From: Cyanophora paradoxa CCMP329
Lineage: Eukaryota > Plantae > Glaucophyta
Assembly (NCBI GenBank): GCA_004431415.1
Contig: QPMI01000669.1
Location: forward strand, 1-51,398
Reading direction: 5' to 3'
Length of the DNA stretch: 51,398 nucleotides
Of the stretch, positions 13,438-25,720 are shown one piece after another (position 1 is the stretch's first letter; the number at the start of each line of letters is the position of its first letter). A model generated the notes under the pieces. It was not told where the DNA came from. It saw only the letters and a list, made by a program, of their open reading frames with translations, and searched no databases. Position numbers and translations under genes: made by a program.

Positions 13438-15054
13438 GCTTGGAGATGGCGTGGCCGACGGGCCCGGGAGGCAGTCCACTTCGGAGAAAGTCAAGTCGGC
13501 AAGATCAAACCATCATGGCATAATGCGAGGACGCACTTGCGACCGAGGCGTTGAAGCCATCAGCGATTCCCTCGTTGTCGGCTATGAACACCATGACGAT
13601 CTTTGCCGAGGTGCCCCTCGCAGAGAATGCGGGCAGAGTACTGACATTGACGGTCCCGGGAGAGTCAACGGTTCCGTACGGGGGTGCATTGCCGATACCC
13701 TCGATGGCGGTCAAATTGGTAAAACGGGATGCTGTTTCGACGAAGGAATATATCTGGAGAGCAGAAGTCCGAAGCGCGATCAGCTACGCACACAGCTGAT
13801 CGTGATTATGACTTTTAAATTTTCACAAGTTGAAGTGGCAAGGGACCGCATGCGCACATTTACAGAGTCGCAGGGCGCCGGTGCAAACGTGCAATCTTCG
13901 GTCGAAAAAGCTGTCATCGAAAGTGAGATTTCCGCGGTGTTCGGAGCAGAGCAGTTCAAATTCTCAAAAACCCTGTTGCGCAAAACTTCCAGTTAGAAGG
14001 AAATTTGAATATCTGTGCAAAGCTTAAGGCCCAGGTCGCTATATAGCTATGTGCATATCCTCATGATCATGCCAATATGTAAAAACAATGCGCATGCATA
14101 GTAACGTTTAAAAACGCGCATGCAATTGCAACATGGCATGATGCGTACCAGATGCCAAAGGAGCTGGCCACGTAGGGTCCATAGCTGATTGCAGTCGATG
14201 AGTTGTATCTAAAAGAGTCGAAACTCGCGACTGCGTTGAAGGCTGAGCCTGGTTGAGGTACGTCGAATGCAGAGACGGTTGAAGGCGTCGCTGACAGATT
14301 CGCGCGTCAATCAAATTTTGAAGACGACACAGCTGCGCATGCAGATCTAGATCTAGATCTAGATATTCGATTGCAAGGCGCATGCGCACTTCCAGTCTTG
14401 GCAGCGCTCCAGTAGCGAGCGCTTATATTGTTGCTACGCCACGCGTGCCAGAAAACCAGAATGACTTGAGATGAAGACGACGTAACTATATCGCCGTTCT
14501 GAACGCTGCTGCCTATTCCGAGCAATTGTGGAGGATTGGAACCGATGTCAACGATCTAAGGTTTGGAAAAGTCAACGTTGACGTCGTTCATACGTATATA
14601 TATACGTGCACTGTGCACGTGGCACGCAATAGCAAATTTAAAGCGAGCGAGCTCGATGGCACAAGCTAGGAGCAGCGCGCGAACCCGCATGCCGCTGCCG
14701 GTGAGCGCGTCGCTGGGGAAGCCTTGATTCACAATCTCAATGCGAATGACCTGATCCGCCCCGGCAAGTATGGCCCTGCGCAGTGATCTCACGCGTGCGT
14801 CTAGATTGAGAGCTCGAGATTTGCGACTCCCGCGTTTACCACGAGGTCGTTCCAGCGGGGGCTTTTGCCGCTTGACCTGGGATAATACTGTTCACGTTGG
14901 CGGTGGCGTTGAGCCAAGTGGGCGTCGAGGACGCAACAAGCGCTCCCGGGGGGGTGCTGTAGGTGAAATAGGACGGGTTGACAGCAGTCACAACCGGGAT
15001 GAGGAGACACGCGATCAGGCAGAGGCGCTCCAACCGGAAGCGCGCCAGATGCAT
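12211..15054 (-). CDS. Secreted/surface CUB-domain protein with Pro-Ser stalk (multi-exon; 3' end uncertain)
   Basis: Signal peptide (MHLARFRLERLCLIACLLIPVVTA). CUB-like motifs IRIEIVNQ.., ISLSMTAFSTEDC..CDSVN|IYS, IVMVFIADNEGIADGFNAS and TSSSSQVILVF. (PS)n linker at ~13320-13460, then beta-rich C-terminal exons. Confidence 0.7.
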
Positions 15055-15960
15055 TGGAATTTCGTATGTGATCATGAGCTCCGGCTCCTATGAATATTCG
15101 GCGAGGCCTCGGAGGCGCCGCGTGCGGCTGCAGCTGCAGCTGGGTGATGGACGCTCTAGATCGATATCTACGAATATGTCGCGTATAGTGAGTCTAACGG
15201 TTACTAAGTTAGTACGCCTTGCTCTAGTACCGTAGTAGTACGTAAACGTACGTACTGCGGACAGTCTGCGGTACCGTAGTACACTAGCCTTAGTAGCAAT
15301 CATTGAATATTAATAACACTGTCTGGCCCCCGCGGCCGTGTCTGCGCTAATGGTAACAGTGCTAGTGGTAAGCAGTGGTAACACGCTATAGCTAACACGC
15401 CGCGGCGCGTACGCTTACGTTTACGGCCGCGGCGCACTGCGGCACTGCGGCAGTCACTGAGTGATCATGAGCCTCGGAGCGCGCACGTGCGGGGCACGGC
15501 CCACGGTGCGGCACTGCAGCTGCGGCAATGTGCAACCGTTGAACCGTTGAACTGCCGCAGTGCATACTCATGATCAGCGACTGTATGTGCCACGTGCACG
15601 TATACCGTAGCTCGCTCGCTGGGCCACTGATATACGACGAACTATACCACTGGGCCACGCCGAGTCGTCGGCGACTCGTCGCCGACGTCGACGCGGCGTC
15701 GACGGATCTGGATTCTGAATCGGACTCCGGATCCCCCGAGTCCGATGATCCGGATCCGGAGTCCCTTTTCATTGTTTTCAAGCCCCCGTGAGTGGGCCGT
15801 CACATTGATTACGTATTCCGTTACTACCGTACGCGTATACCCAGTACGGTATATGTACGTATACCGTAAACTGGTCAGTCGACTGTCGGACCGTCGGACG
15901 CCCCTTTTCAAACCCCCGATCGCGACCCCTATTCGCCCCACCGTAGTCTCTCAAAAAAAG

Positions 15961-16241
15961 CACTTAATTACCGCGGAAAAAAATTACCGCGTCGAGAATT
16001 TGTTAAATCGCGGTAATTTGTTTTTTTTAAAGATCTACGGTGGGCGTACCCACTCGTAGTACACAACGAGGATACAAGTCACGGTATCGGGAAACAGCAG
16101 GAACCGAACCCGGAAATCCGGGAGGTCGAAGCACGACCTTGTACCACTACGCTAAAGCGCGGGTAATTTGGTACCGCGGTATTTTGGCCACCCTCGGGCT
16201 GGAGTTTCTAACGCGGTAATTTCTGCCGCGGTAATTTAGTG
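15961..16241. mobile_element. Putative non-autonomous TIR element (MITE) with CACT-type ends
   Basis: Left end CACTTAATTACCGCGG and right end CCGCGGTAATTTAGTG form a 15/16 inverted match. Further subterminal AATTACCGCG/CGCGGTAATT copies lie at both ends. No clear TSD. Confidence 0.5.
16088..16161 (-). other. tRNA-derived sequence (SINE head or tRNA pseudogene)
   Basis: A box TAGCGTAGTGG and B-box-like GGTTCGGTTCC sit at tRNA spacing, but the acceptor and anticodon stems do not pair canonically. Confidence 0.45.
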
Positions 16242-17738
16242 CCACACGGTAGTAGCTCCCGGGTAGGGCTGGGCACAGTCGACCTGAACCCCCACCCGGT
16301 CGGTGGGCCCGCTGACTGTTACCCGCCAGTGGCGGTCGGTAGAGGCGGGGTACTTGCTGCAGTGCGTGAAAATTGGCAGGAAATACGCTTAATTCCGCAC
16401 AGCTTCAAGGCGCTACGCGCCTACTCTGTTCCCAGCTGTCTAAAGCAAGTGCTTTAAATTTGGGGCGAGTTCAAGCCAGTTGTGGGGGATCCGGAGGCCG
16501 GGGTGGTTGATGCTCAGGAGGGGTACGGGATATCGCGATCGATGGCGTCAGCTCCCTTGGGCTCCGTCGGATTGAAGAGCACAGGAGCGCAGGAGAGCAG
16601 GAAGATGAACTACTAGGGCTAAGCAGGACTTTCCTGGCCTGGGTGCACGGAATATGTAACTTTCGCGCGCGAGAATATGAAATTTTCGCGAGCCTACCCC
16701 CCCTAGAATTTTTATTTGTATGGTACCGGGCGTTGTATGGCGGTGGGCCAGACTTTCCACCCGGTCGGTCGGTGGGAGGCCGCCAGGGCTGCATATTTAT
16801 AGTACTAAAAGTTTTTGGGCGATCTACTAAATATTTCCCGCCTGCTAAAGTCGAGAATTTGTAGGGGTAGTCCCGTCTCCGCCATACAAAAGTCCTGCGA
16901 AGGCGGACCTACTAAAAATTTACCAGCTGCTAAAGTGGCAGTTTTGGCGAAGTACTAATTATTTTCCTGTACTAAATTAACCAGTTCTGCAGTGGTCTAC
17001 TATCAGTACCGTGACAGTACGTACTGGAGAGCTGTAAAACACATATTTAGTACTACCCGCGGTACCGCCAGTACGTACTGGAGAGGGCCGGTACGTACTG
17101 GAGAGCTATGGGCTAGGGGTGCGGCCGCCGGGCTTGACGCCCAAAAAGTCGGCTTCAGTCATGATCAAACCAACTTGCAATTGGCAAGCCCGGGGCGCTC
17201 GCGGCCAAGCCAAGCCAAGACTCCCAAGAGGCCCAAGACGGGCCTTGGACGGTCGGCCGGCGCCGGCGGCCGGCCCGGATCGGACAAGGGCTTGGCCACG
17301 TGCACTTGCAACTAAAAAAGTTGCAAGTTGCAAACTTAAGCTTGCAATTGGCCGGGTTATGCGCTCGCCGCTCATGATCAGCGGCTTGCCAAGTTGCCAC
17401 AAGTTGGCCCTTTTCGCGCGTAAAAGTGGGTCCTACCGGTACCGCCGGCTACCGGCTGGCCGGTCTGAGAACTGGCCCGTCGGACGTCTGGCCGGCCAGG
17501 CGAACGTTCGCGTCCGGCCCGGCCCGGCGGGAGGCGCCCGGCCCGCCTAGAATCGCAGACTGCTCGGGCACCGGGCCCGGCAGGGGGGGGGGGGGGGGTG
17601 TCGCCCGGGTCGGTCATAGTGGGGCCCGTCTGAAGGCCAGCAGTTTAACCCATGGAGTGGGCATGAAAGCCGGCATGAGGCCTAGGCAAGTTGCTGCCAG
17701 GCTGCAATGAACTGCCTCTCAAATTAAACCGCTACTGG

Positions 17739-18888
17739 CTACAGCTTCGCTCTCCTTGGCTGGTTCTTGTCCGCGACGAACAGCTGCAACGGGGGGGGGG
17801 GGAGGAGGGGGGTAGTCACAGTCGGGGGTACGTATGCAGGGGTACAGGCACACTGGCGGGGGGCGGAGGGGGCGTACCGCAGTCGCCTCGGAGAAGGCGT
17901 CACCGGTCACGCCGTCGCTAAGACTCGCGGCCGCGTTGATCCTGCGACGGCTTAAGAGGGGGGTACCCTGGGCCTGCAGCTGGCCCGGGGGTACGACGGG
18001 GGCGCACTTGCGGCCGGAGCTGCCGGTAACCCTCGCGTCCACGCGTACCCAGGTCTCAAGGGGGAGTCGACGCTTGAGGCTCACGTGCAGCTGTCCGGTG
18101 ACTGCGTTCCACCCGTCGTTCCATACCACGGACCCCAGCGTGTCTGCGCGCGGCCGCGGGCGGCGCCGGGCCGCGGGCGGTCCCGAGCGGCTCCGATCAG
18201 CGCGAGGCTGCGGGGTTCGAGCGGCGCGCGGCGCGTGCTTCGTTCGCACCGTCGAGTACTGCCGACTGCGCGCCGCCGTGCGCGTGGCCCGGAGGTCCCC
18301 CGGCCCTGCAGAATGCGCGCGCGGATCAGCGCCTGCAGCTGCGGGGCCGAGATGGCCGCGGCGCCGCTGCAGCCGGCCGCACCCGTGCGCAAACAGCACG
18401 CCGCCTACAATCTTGCCCGTCGCCTTATCGTACCACGTCTCTACAAGCTGCGGGCGCGGCGGCACGCGTCAGCGGCCGCGGAGCGCGGCAAAAGCGAGCT
18501 GTCGGCATCGGGAGCAGGTGCGCGGACCAGGCGCCTGTCGCTAAGGATGTACTGCTCCTCCGGGCTGCGACCACATCGCGCGTCAGCACGAGAGCGCAAC
18601 CGCGGAGCCTCGGGGCGCTGGCATGGAGTACTGGCGCCAGCGCACTTGAAGCCCGGCACGAACGCCACCAGATCGGATACGGGGCCCACTCTGGGCCTGC
18701 TTGGACCCGCCTCGTCATGATCACGTGTGTGCGTCTTGCAGATGAGGACCTTGCGCGTGCTGCCTCGCTGGCTCGCCTCGGATCGGAGCTGCTCGAGCCA
18801 CGCTGGCGCCTCGGCAACCTGCGGCGGTGCGCGCGTCACGAAGGCACCTCACTCGCTCGCTGCTCCTCGGGCTCACCGCTTGCGCCAT
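17739..18888 (-). CDS. Hotdog-fold acyl-CoA thioesterase (THEM4/PaaI-like), peroxisomal
   Basis: Spliced: MAQA|VAEAPAWL...GKIVGGVLFAHGC..GPG..HGGAVGS..DTLGSVVW..AVTGQLHVSLKRRLPLETWVRVDARV..SGRK..AAASLSD..FSEATA|LFVADKNQPRRAKL*. The C-terminal AKL is a PTS1. Confidence 0.8.
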
Positions 18889-19036
18889 TCAGCCCGGCAA
18901 CGCTGCGCGCACCTCCGAGATCACCCGAGCAGTACCGCGTGCGCTTTCTGTCTGCAGGAGAAACCTCCGATCGCCGCCTGGGGCGCGATGGCGGGACTTC
19001 GGGTTCGGTCAACGGGTACAGGCACAAAAGCGCGAA
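18889..19036. promoter_or_regulatory. Probable bidirectional promoter
   Basis: Only 148 bp separate the divergent ATGs of the thioesterase (18888) and the AAA ATPase (19037). Confidence 0.5.
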
Positions 19037-22000
19037 ATGCTCGCACAGGCGCTCCGGCGCCTCCGGCCTCCTCCAGTCGCGCGCGTGGCGTGCGTGGTCG
19101 CGCCCGCGCCACGCTCAGCGCGCTGGAGGGAGCGCACGCACAATTGGCGGAGCGCCGGAGCGCGGCCCTCGAGCGTCGGATCTTGTTCAGCGCTTTTGCT
19201 CGTGGGAGGCGCGGCTGTGGTGGTTTTCGGGGCGACGTGTGCGGCGGAGCCTGACCGCGGGCAGCCGGGCGCCGACCCGGACCGCGAACTTTCGATCGGC
19301 GAGGTCAGGCGAAGGCTCAAGCTGCACCGCGAGGCTGTCGCCGGCGAACGAATCTCCCGTGCGTAGCTTCTGCCGCGCGTTCGCTTTGGAGCGGCCGTGC
19401 TTGACGCGCGAGCGTCCGCGGGCGCGGGAGCAGAAAGCGCGGAGCCCATCCGTGTGGAGGAGATCCGCGGCGGCGGCGGCGGCCCCGCCGTCCGCGTGAG
19501 CTTCAGCTGCCCGCGCGACGCCGACGTCACGCGCGTCCTCGGGCAGGCGATGCTGGCCGCTGGTCACCTCGGCCACGGCCCCGCCGCCGTATCAAGTGCG
19601 CGTACGTATGCTCGCGGTCGATTAGGGCCGAACGCTGCGCGCGCGCAGTGTCGGACGGCTTCGGGACGGCATCCGTGCAGCTCACGTTCGGCGGGGGCGA
19701 GGGCGGCGGTGGCGGCGAGGGCGCCACGCGCGAGTGTCGCGTCTCCATCCGCAGGGACGCGCTGGGCGGCGCCGTCGAGCAGCGGCCGCAGGGGTCCACC
19801 GTCTCCGTCGAGCTCTACGCGGGTGCGCGCGGGCGGCGCCCCCTCCCTATTAGAGAGCGCTAGAGACTTCTATTAGCTTCCATTAGCTTCTGTTATCTTC
19901 TGTTAGCTTCGCTCTTTAAGCTTCCATTAGCTTCTATCAGCTCCTGTTAGCTTCTGTTAGCTTCTACCGTTCGTACCGAAGCTCTACGCAAGTGCGCAGG
20001 GCGCGCCCTCCCTCACCTAAGAACAGTTCAAATGCATCGCAAAGCTTAAGCGATCCGAGGCCGCCCGCGCCTCCGCCTCCGCCTCCGCCTCCGCCCACCG
20101 CGCGCCCTCCCTCGCCTAAGAGTAGTACGGAAGCATCGCGAAGCTTAAGCGATCCGAGGCCGCCCGCGCCTCCGCCTCCGCCTCCGCCTCCGCCCACCGC
20201 GCGCCCTCCCTCGCCTAAGAGTAGTACGGAAGCATCGCGAAGCTTAAGCGATCCGAGGCCGCCCGCGCCTCCGCCTCCGCCTCCGCCTCCGCCCACCGCG
20301 CGCCCTCCCTCGCCTAAGAGTAGTACGGAAGCATCGCGAAGCTTAAGCGATCCGAGGCCGCCGCGCCTCCCTCCCCTCACCCACCCACCCATCCATCCAC
20401 GCCCCCGCCCCCGCCTCCGCCCACCGCGCGCCTCTAAGGGCGACCGCTCCCCCGCGCCTCCGCCTCCATGACCCGAGGCCTCAATCCCTTTCACTTCTCT
20501 GACGTGAATCCTTGGAGCACTAGCCTTCACCTCAATCCCTTTCTCTTCTCTTCTCTGACGCCCTGGGCCTATGCCCTCGCCTCCATGATCCTAGGCCTCA
20601 ATCCCTTGGGCGGCTCGCTTCTATTAGCTTCTATTATCTTCTATTAGGTTCTATTAGCCCTCTTTCCCTTTCACTTCTTCACTTCTCTTCTCTTCTCTGA
20701 CACCGACGCCCTCGGCGCCCGGCAGAGGGCGGGTCGCTGACGGGGCGGGAGCTCGGCCTGCTCGAGTCCCTCTACGACGCCGCCCACGGCCTCCGCGTGC
20801 GCCGCACTAGTAGAGAACTCTAGAGACTTCTATTCAGCTTCTGTTAGCTTCTGTTAGCTTCTATTGGCTTCTTATAGCTTCTATTATCTTCTAATAGCTT
20901 CACGCCCTCGTAATGCCGCGCACGGGCTCCGGGATGCCGCCCTCCTGGCCGCCCGGCCGCCCGCCTCTGGCCGGCCTCGCCGAGTCGGGGCTTCTCTGCC
21001 CTCCTCTTCTTCTGTCGTTCAGCCTCCTCCTCCTAACTGTACTCCTCCTCTCGCCTTCTGTACTCCTAACTTCTCCCGCCTGCCTTCTGTACTCCTCCCG
21101 CCCTCGTACGTACGTCCTGACTCCTGATCGCGACTCGCAGGGCCGGGGGCGCCTGGGGGGCGGCGGGGCCGACCCGGCGGACTTTTGGAACGGGGTCGCG
21201 TGGGACCTCGGCCGCTCCCTCGCAGAGGACGTCTTCGGCCGCGACGGCTTCGGTGGGCGCTTTGAATTTGATCCGGTGAACCGGACGGACATATCTTGAA
21301 CCGGTACCCGCAGACGTCTTCCGGCGGGCGCTGGACGAGGTGTTCCCGTTCCCCCCGATCGTGCGCTGCGCCCCCGATCGAAGCTGTACTGTACCCCCAT
21401 CCCGCTTCGTACCCCTGACCCCGCGGGACGGCCCGGTAGCACGAAGGGGACGGTACCCCCCGCCTCCACACGCCGGAGCAACGGCAGCGCGCGGCCGCCG
21501 CGTCCCGCCGCCGCTCCGGGGAGGGGTACGGCGAATCCGCCGAGGCGGAGGCGCATCTCGAGGCGATGGGGCTCACGGTGCGCGTACCCCCCGTGGACGG
21601 CTTGGCCCCGAATCGAATTGGGGTACAGGTGTTCAGGAGGCCGGAGCCAGCGGAGGGGGGCGAGGGGCCCTCTACCTCCCCGGCGGGCCTGGACTGGGCG
21701 AGCCTGGCGGGGTACGAGCGCATCAAAAAGGTACGAGGCGTCGCTGGCCCCGTGCGATCCCGTACCCCCGCCCTCAACCCGTCGCCCCCCCGGCAGGAGG
21801 TGGAGGACGCAGTGGTCCTGTCTTTCCGGTACCCCTCCGTCTTCGAGGCCGTGCGCCGTACCCCGCACTTTCCTTCCCTTCCCACTCCTAACGATGTACC
21901 CCGCCAGATCGCGAAGGGTACGCGGCAGCGACCCGACCGGAGCGTACCCCGCGCTGTTCTTTTCGAGGGGCCGCCTGGTACCCCCCCCCCTTTGTGTCCT

Positions 22001-24732
22001 GTACCCAATTTCTTCCTGAGGTCCCGCAGGTACGGGCAAGACCACCACTGCGCGCATTCTCGCCGCCCAGTGCGACGTGCGATCCCGTACCCCCTTCCCC
22101 TTCTCCCCTTTTCCCGGGGCGGTACCCCGGTGGATCTCACGTCCCATCCAGGCGCCGCTCGTCTACCTTCCGCTCGAATCGATCCTTAGCAAGTGGTGAG
22201 GATACCCTGGTACCCTCCCCTGGCTAGGCCCCTCCCATTCCAAAAATTCTATTTTTAGGTACGGGGAGAGCGAGCAGCACCTCGCGCGCGTCTTCTCCCT
22301 CTGCCGAAAGGTGCGAACGGGCCGTACCCCTCCCTTCGATTGCTGTACCCTCCACTTTCCGACGCTCTTCCGGGGGTACCGCAGCTCGCGCCGGGGGTAC
22401 TGCTCTTCGTGGACGAGGTGGACGCGCTGGCGCCCTCGCGGGACGCCCCCGGGCCCGAGGGGGGTACGCGAACCTACCTCCTTCCCTCTCTACCCCCCCT
22501 ACCCCCGTCCCTCACCCGCGGCAGGCCTGCACGAGGCGTCGCGGCGGATGATGTCCATACTCCTCCGCCACGTTGACGGCTTCGGTGCGGCCCCCGCGCC
22601 CGCGCGCCCCGCCCCGCCCCCGCCCCCCGGGCCCGACCGCCTCTAGGGCCTCTAGGACCGCCTCTAGCGGCTCCGGGGGCCGCCCCCTGCTAGGACCCAG
22701 ATCTAGGGCACAATCTCGGGCCTCCGCAACCGCGCCCCGCCCCCGGGGTCCGATCGCTGTGCCCTCCCCTTGCTTTCTTTGCTAGGACCCAGATCTAGAT
22801 CCCTCGACCCGCTTCGAAGTCGTTTGCCTACGCTCCTGCCACTGCTGCCTTAGACTTCGTGCTTTGCTGACGAACGTTCCTCGCCTGCAGAGTCCGAGGG
22901 CGGCGCGACTCCGGCCCCCGGCGGGCCCGGCAGTCCCGCCGAAGCCTCGGGTTCGAATCCGGGCCCGGAGATTCGCGACGACTCGCAGCGGAGCAGGCGA
23001 GCGGGCCGCACCCCCCGCGCCCTCCTCCCGTACCCCCCTTAACATTCCCCCCCCCCCAGGGTGGTGCTGGTGGGGGCGACGAACCGGCGAAAGGACCTCG
23101 ACGCCGCGCTCCTCAGGTGAGAGCGCGGGGGCCGGGGGAGGGAGAGCGCGCTCACCTGAGGTCGGCGCCGTGGCGCCGGCTGGGGCATGAGAATCGGCCG
23201 CCCCATGCAGATCCAGAGCCGAATTTCATGCCGCCTTTAGACGCTCACATAGTTGTCCGGATCAGCGCTCTGGAGGGGCTGCCGCGCCTCCTTTAGCAGC
23301 CCCTCACCCCGCCCCTCGCAGCCGGTTCGACCTGGTGGTGCACTTCGGCCTGCCCGACGCCGCCGGCCGCGCCGCGATCTTCGGCGCCTACGCCCGCCAG
23401 GCCCGCCCCGCCCCGCCCCGCCCCGCACCCGCCCCGCCCGCCTCTAGATCTAGATAAATTAATATCTAAAAAACAATTAAACGAAGACTCAAGTCAAGAA
23501 GCGAGCGCCGACGATCCCCGCCCCGCCCCGCAGCTGCCTGCCCGGAACCGCCCCTTGAGGTCTAGATCTAGGACGCCGGCAGTTCCGGTCCCCATGATTG
23601 TCGACCCCCCGCCCCGCCCCGCCCCGTCCCACGCCATGAAGACCCCGACGCCCGCGGCCGCCCGCGTCTGACACCCGGGCGGCGGCGCAGCTGTCGGCGG
23701 GGGAGCGGGCGGCGCTGGCGGCCGCCTCGGAGGGCTTCGCCGGCCGCGACATCCGCGACGGTGCGCCGCCCCGCCCGGCCCCGGGCCACGAACACAAGAG
23801 CAGTCTTTCGTAGAAAATAAGAAGTGTCTTATGTCTTAGAAGCCTAGGTCTTTAGCTTCTTTAGAGGGCTTCGCAGGCCGCGACATCCGCGACGGTGCGC
23901 GCCTTTATAGCCTTTAGCGTAGGCTCCTTTTAGCGTAGGCTCCTCTTATAGCCTGTAGAACATTAGAAGTTTTATTAGGACATTAGAGGCCTGTAGACGT
24001 CCGCGTCGGTGCGCCGCCCCCTGAAGTCCCTCTCCCTTCTATCTTCAGCATCAGCATCTATCTACAGCCTTCTATCATAGTATACTCCTTAGAAGCCTTA
24101 GAAACTCGTTAGCCGCCCTCGGAACTCGCTTTCCCTCGAAAATTAAAGTTTCACGAGAGAGCCCCGAGCTTAGGCCTTCAGCCCCCCCCTTCCCCCCCCC
24201 CCGCTTCCCCCCCCTCAGGGCCCCCTCTTCTAAATCTGTCTCTGTCTTAGGTCCAGAAAACCTCGAGCCCAGATATATCCCGCGCCTGATCCGGACCCTC
24301 GCCTGCGGCCGCCCGCGCAGCGTGCGTGGCGGCGGAGCGCGCCTTCGCGAGCGGCCTCATCCGCCGGGCCGCCGCCGAGGGGCGCAGCCCTGCCCAGGCG
24401 ATCAAGGGGCCCGGGGGCGCGCCCCTCCCCGGCCTCCAGGTGCCTGCGGCTCTGCTGTTAACCTTAATTAGAGCACCGGGCCTTAACGTTAATCACATTT
24501 ACATTTAAGAATGGACCGGCGATTAATCCAAGTAAATAGCTAGGGCATCTATATAGTTAGGACCGGCCCGGGGCCTCCTCCCTGGCCTCCAGGTGCCGGC
24601 GGCTCCGCTCATTCGAATGCGCGTACGCGTCGGGCCGCGCATTGACTTTCGGCGCAGGAGTACCTGGAGGCGGTGCGGCAGCGAAAGGAGGGCGCCGGCG
24701 CCGGTGCGGGCGACGCGTGGCGCGGGGCGTAA
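19037..24732 (+). CDS. Single-domain classic AAA ATPase (CDC48/spastin-related clade), likely organelle-targeted, many exons
   Basis: LDWASLAGYERIKK|EVEDAVVL..YPSVF, PRAVLFEGPPG|TGKT (Walker A), ILSKW|YGESEQ, LLFVDEVDAL (Walker B), SILLRHVDGF, LVGATNRRKDLDAALL|SRFD (second region of homology), GFAGRDIRD. N-terminus MLAQALRRLR plus a hydrophobic segment. Confidence 0.9.
19980..20370 (+). repeat. Intronic 108-bp tandem repeat (~3.5 units)
   Basis: Unit cgcgccctccctcgcctaagagtagtacggaagcatcgcgaagcttaagcgatccgaggccgcc...(gcctcc)n is repeated almost perfectly. Confidence 0.95.
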
Positions 24733-25170
24733 CAGAATTCGAGGCGTTCTGGGTCCCTGTTCATTTATAATATATTCCAGCTTCGTTCCTGGCTTCGAAT
24801 TCTGATCATGAGATCGTTCTTTGAATCCCCGCGATCGCTTCGCGAGATGGGGCGGGGGCAGGGCGGCTGCGGGGGCCGCCCTGTCGTCCAATTGCGCATG
24901 CAAACTCTAAGAGCTCATGATCAACGACGTCGACAAACGGATGCATCTGACGGGGGCGGCCTTAAGCTTCGAATTCACACATTCAGGCCCCGGGGCTATA
25001 GCGCTCTCGCCCCACTCTCGCATCCAAGTATACGTAGCGAGGCATATGCATGCGCATATGCATCGATATCAAGCTTAAGGAAGAATATTCAGTGACACAC
25101 ATCATGCACATAAATATATATAACGCGTACGCAATGTGACTTTGCCGCGCGCAGTGCGAATTGATTGCAA

Positions 25171-25236
25171 GGGGGGAAAGAAGACCGAAGGTCTTCCCCC
25201 CTTGAGGGGGGAAAGAAGACCGAAGGTCTTCCCCCC
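25171..25236. repeat. Two direct copies of a self-complementary unit GGGGGAAAGAAGACCGAAGGTCTTCCCCC
   Basis: Seen at 25172 and 25207. Each unit can fold as GAAGACC/GGTCTTC with outer G5/C5 pairing. Confidence 0.8.
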
Positions 25237-25465
25237 TTGCTTCCCGTTCCCTCGCTTCAGCCACAATTTCTTCTATGAGGCCGTTTTCGAGGTCCAGTTT
25301 GCAACGCGGGAAAAAAATGGGCCGAAATTCGGTTGCAGCGACATGTGTTTAATTTGTCGCTGCGGCCGTCCATGCAAAAAAAGGTTTTCGAGGGCGAAGA
25401 CCAGTTTTCCTCGACTTGAAGCCTGGAAACCAACTTCTCTCTCATTCCGGTCTTCGAATTCCTTC

Positions 25466-25720
25466 CGCGGTTCTGCATGGAACCAGTTCTCCCTATAGGT
25501 AGCTGTCTCCTGTAGATTTCGGCTTCCTCGCAGTGCGTCGCGTACGCCTTGCTCTTCGTTGCGCGGTTCTGCATGGAACCACTTCTCCCTAGATGTCTTG
25601 CTCGATCTCCTCTAGATTTCCACTTCCTCGCACTGCGCCGGAATTACTTAGAAATTCTCCCTAGCTGTCTTGCTCGATCTCCTCGAGCTCTAGATTTCCA
25701 CTTCCTCGCAGTGCGCCGCG
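25466..25720 (+). repeat. Degenerate tandem repeat
   Basis: cgcggttctgcatggaacca x2, tgtcttgctcgatctcctc x2, tagatttccacttcctcgca x2 plus a diverged copy. Confidence 0.75.

Noticed and set aside
13193-13996. 267-aa + strand ORF with a (DG)n repeat
   Set aside because: Antisense shadow of the (PS)n stalk of the CUB gene.
16088-16161. Functional tRNA-Arg(TCG)
   Set aside because: The acceptor stem does not pair and the T-loop and anticodon arm are non-canonical.
16600-17420. Transposon ends among short iterations (ctactaaa/ctgctaaagt, cagtacgtactggagag, cttgcaa/ccaag)
   Set aside because: The repeats are real, but no termini, TSD or coding region could be defined.
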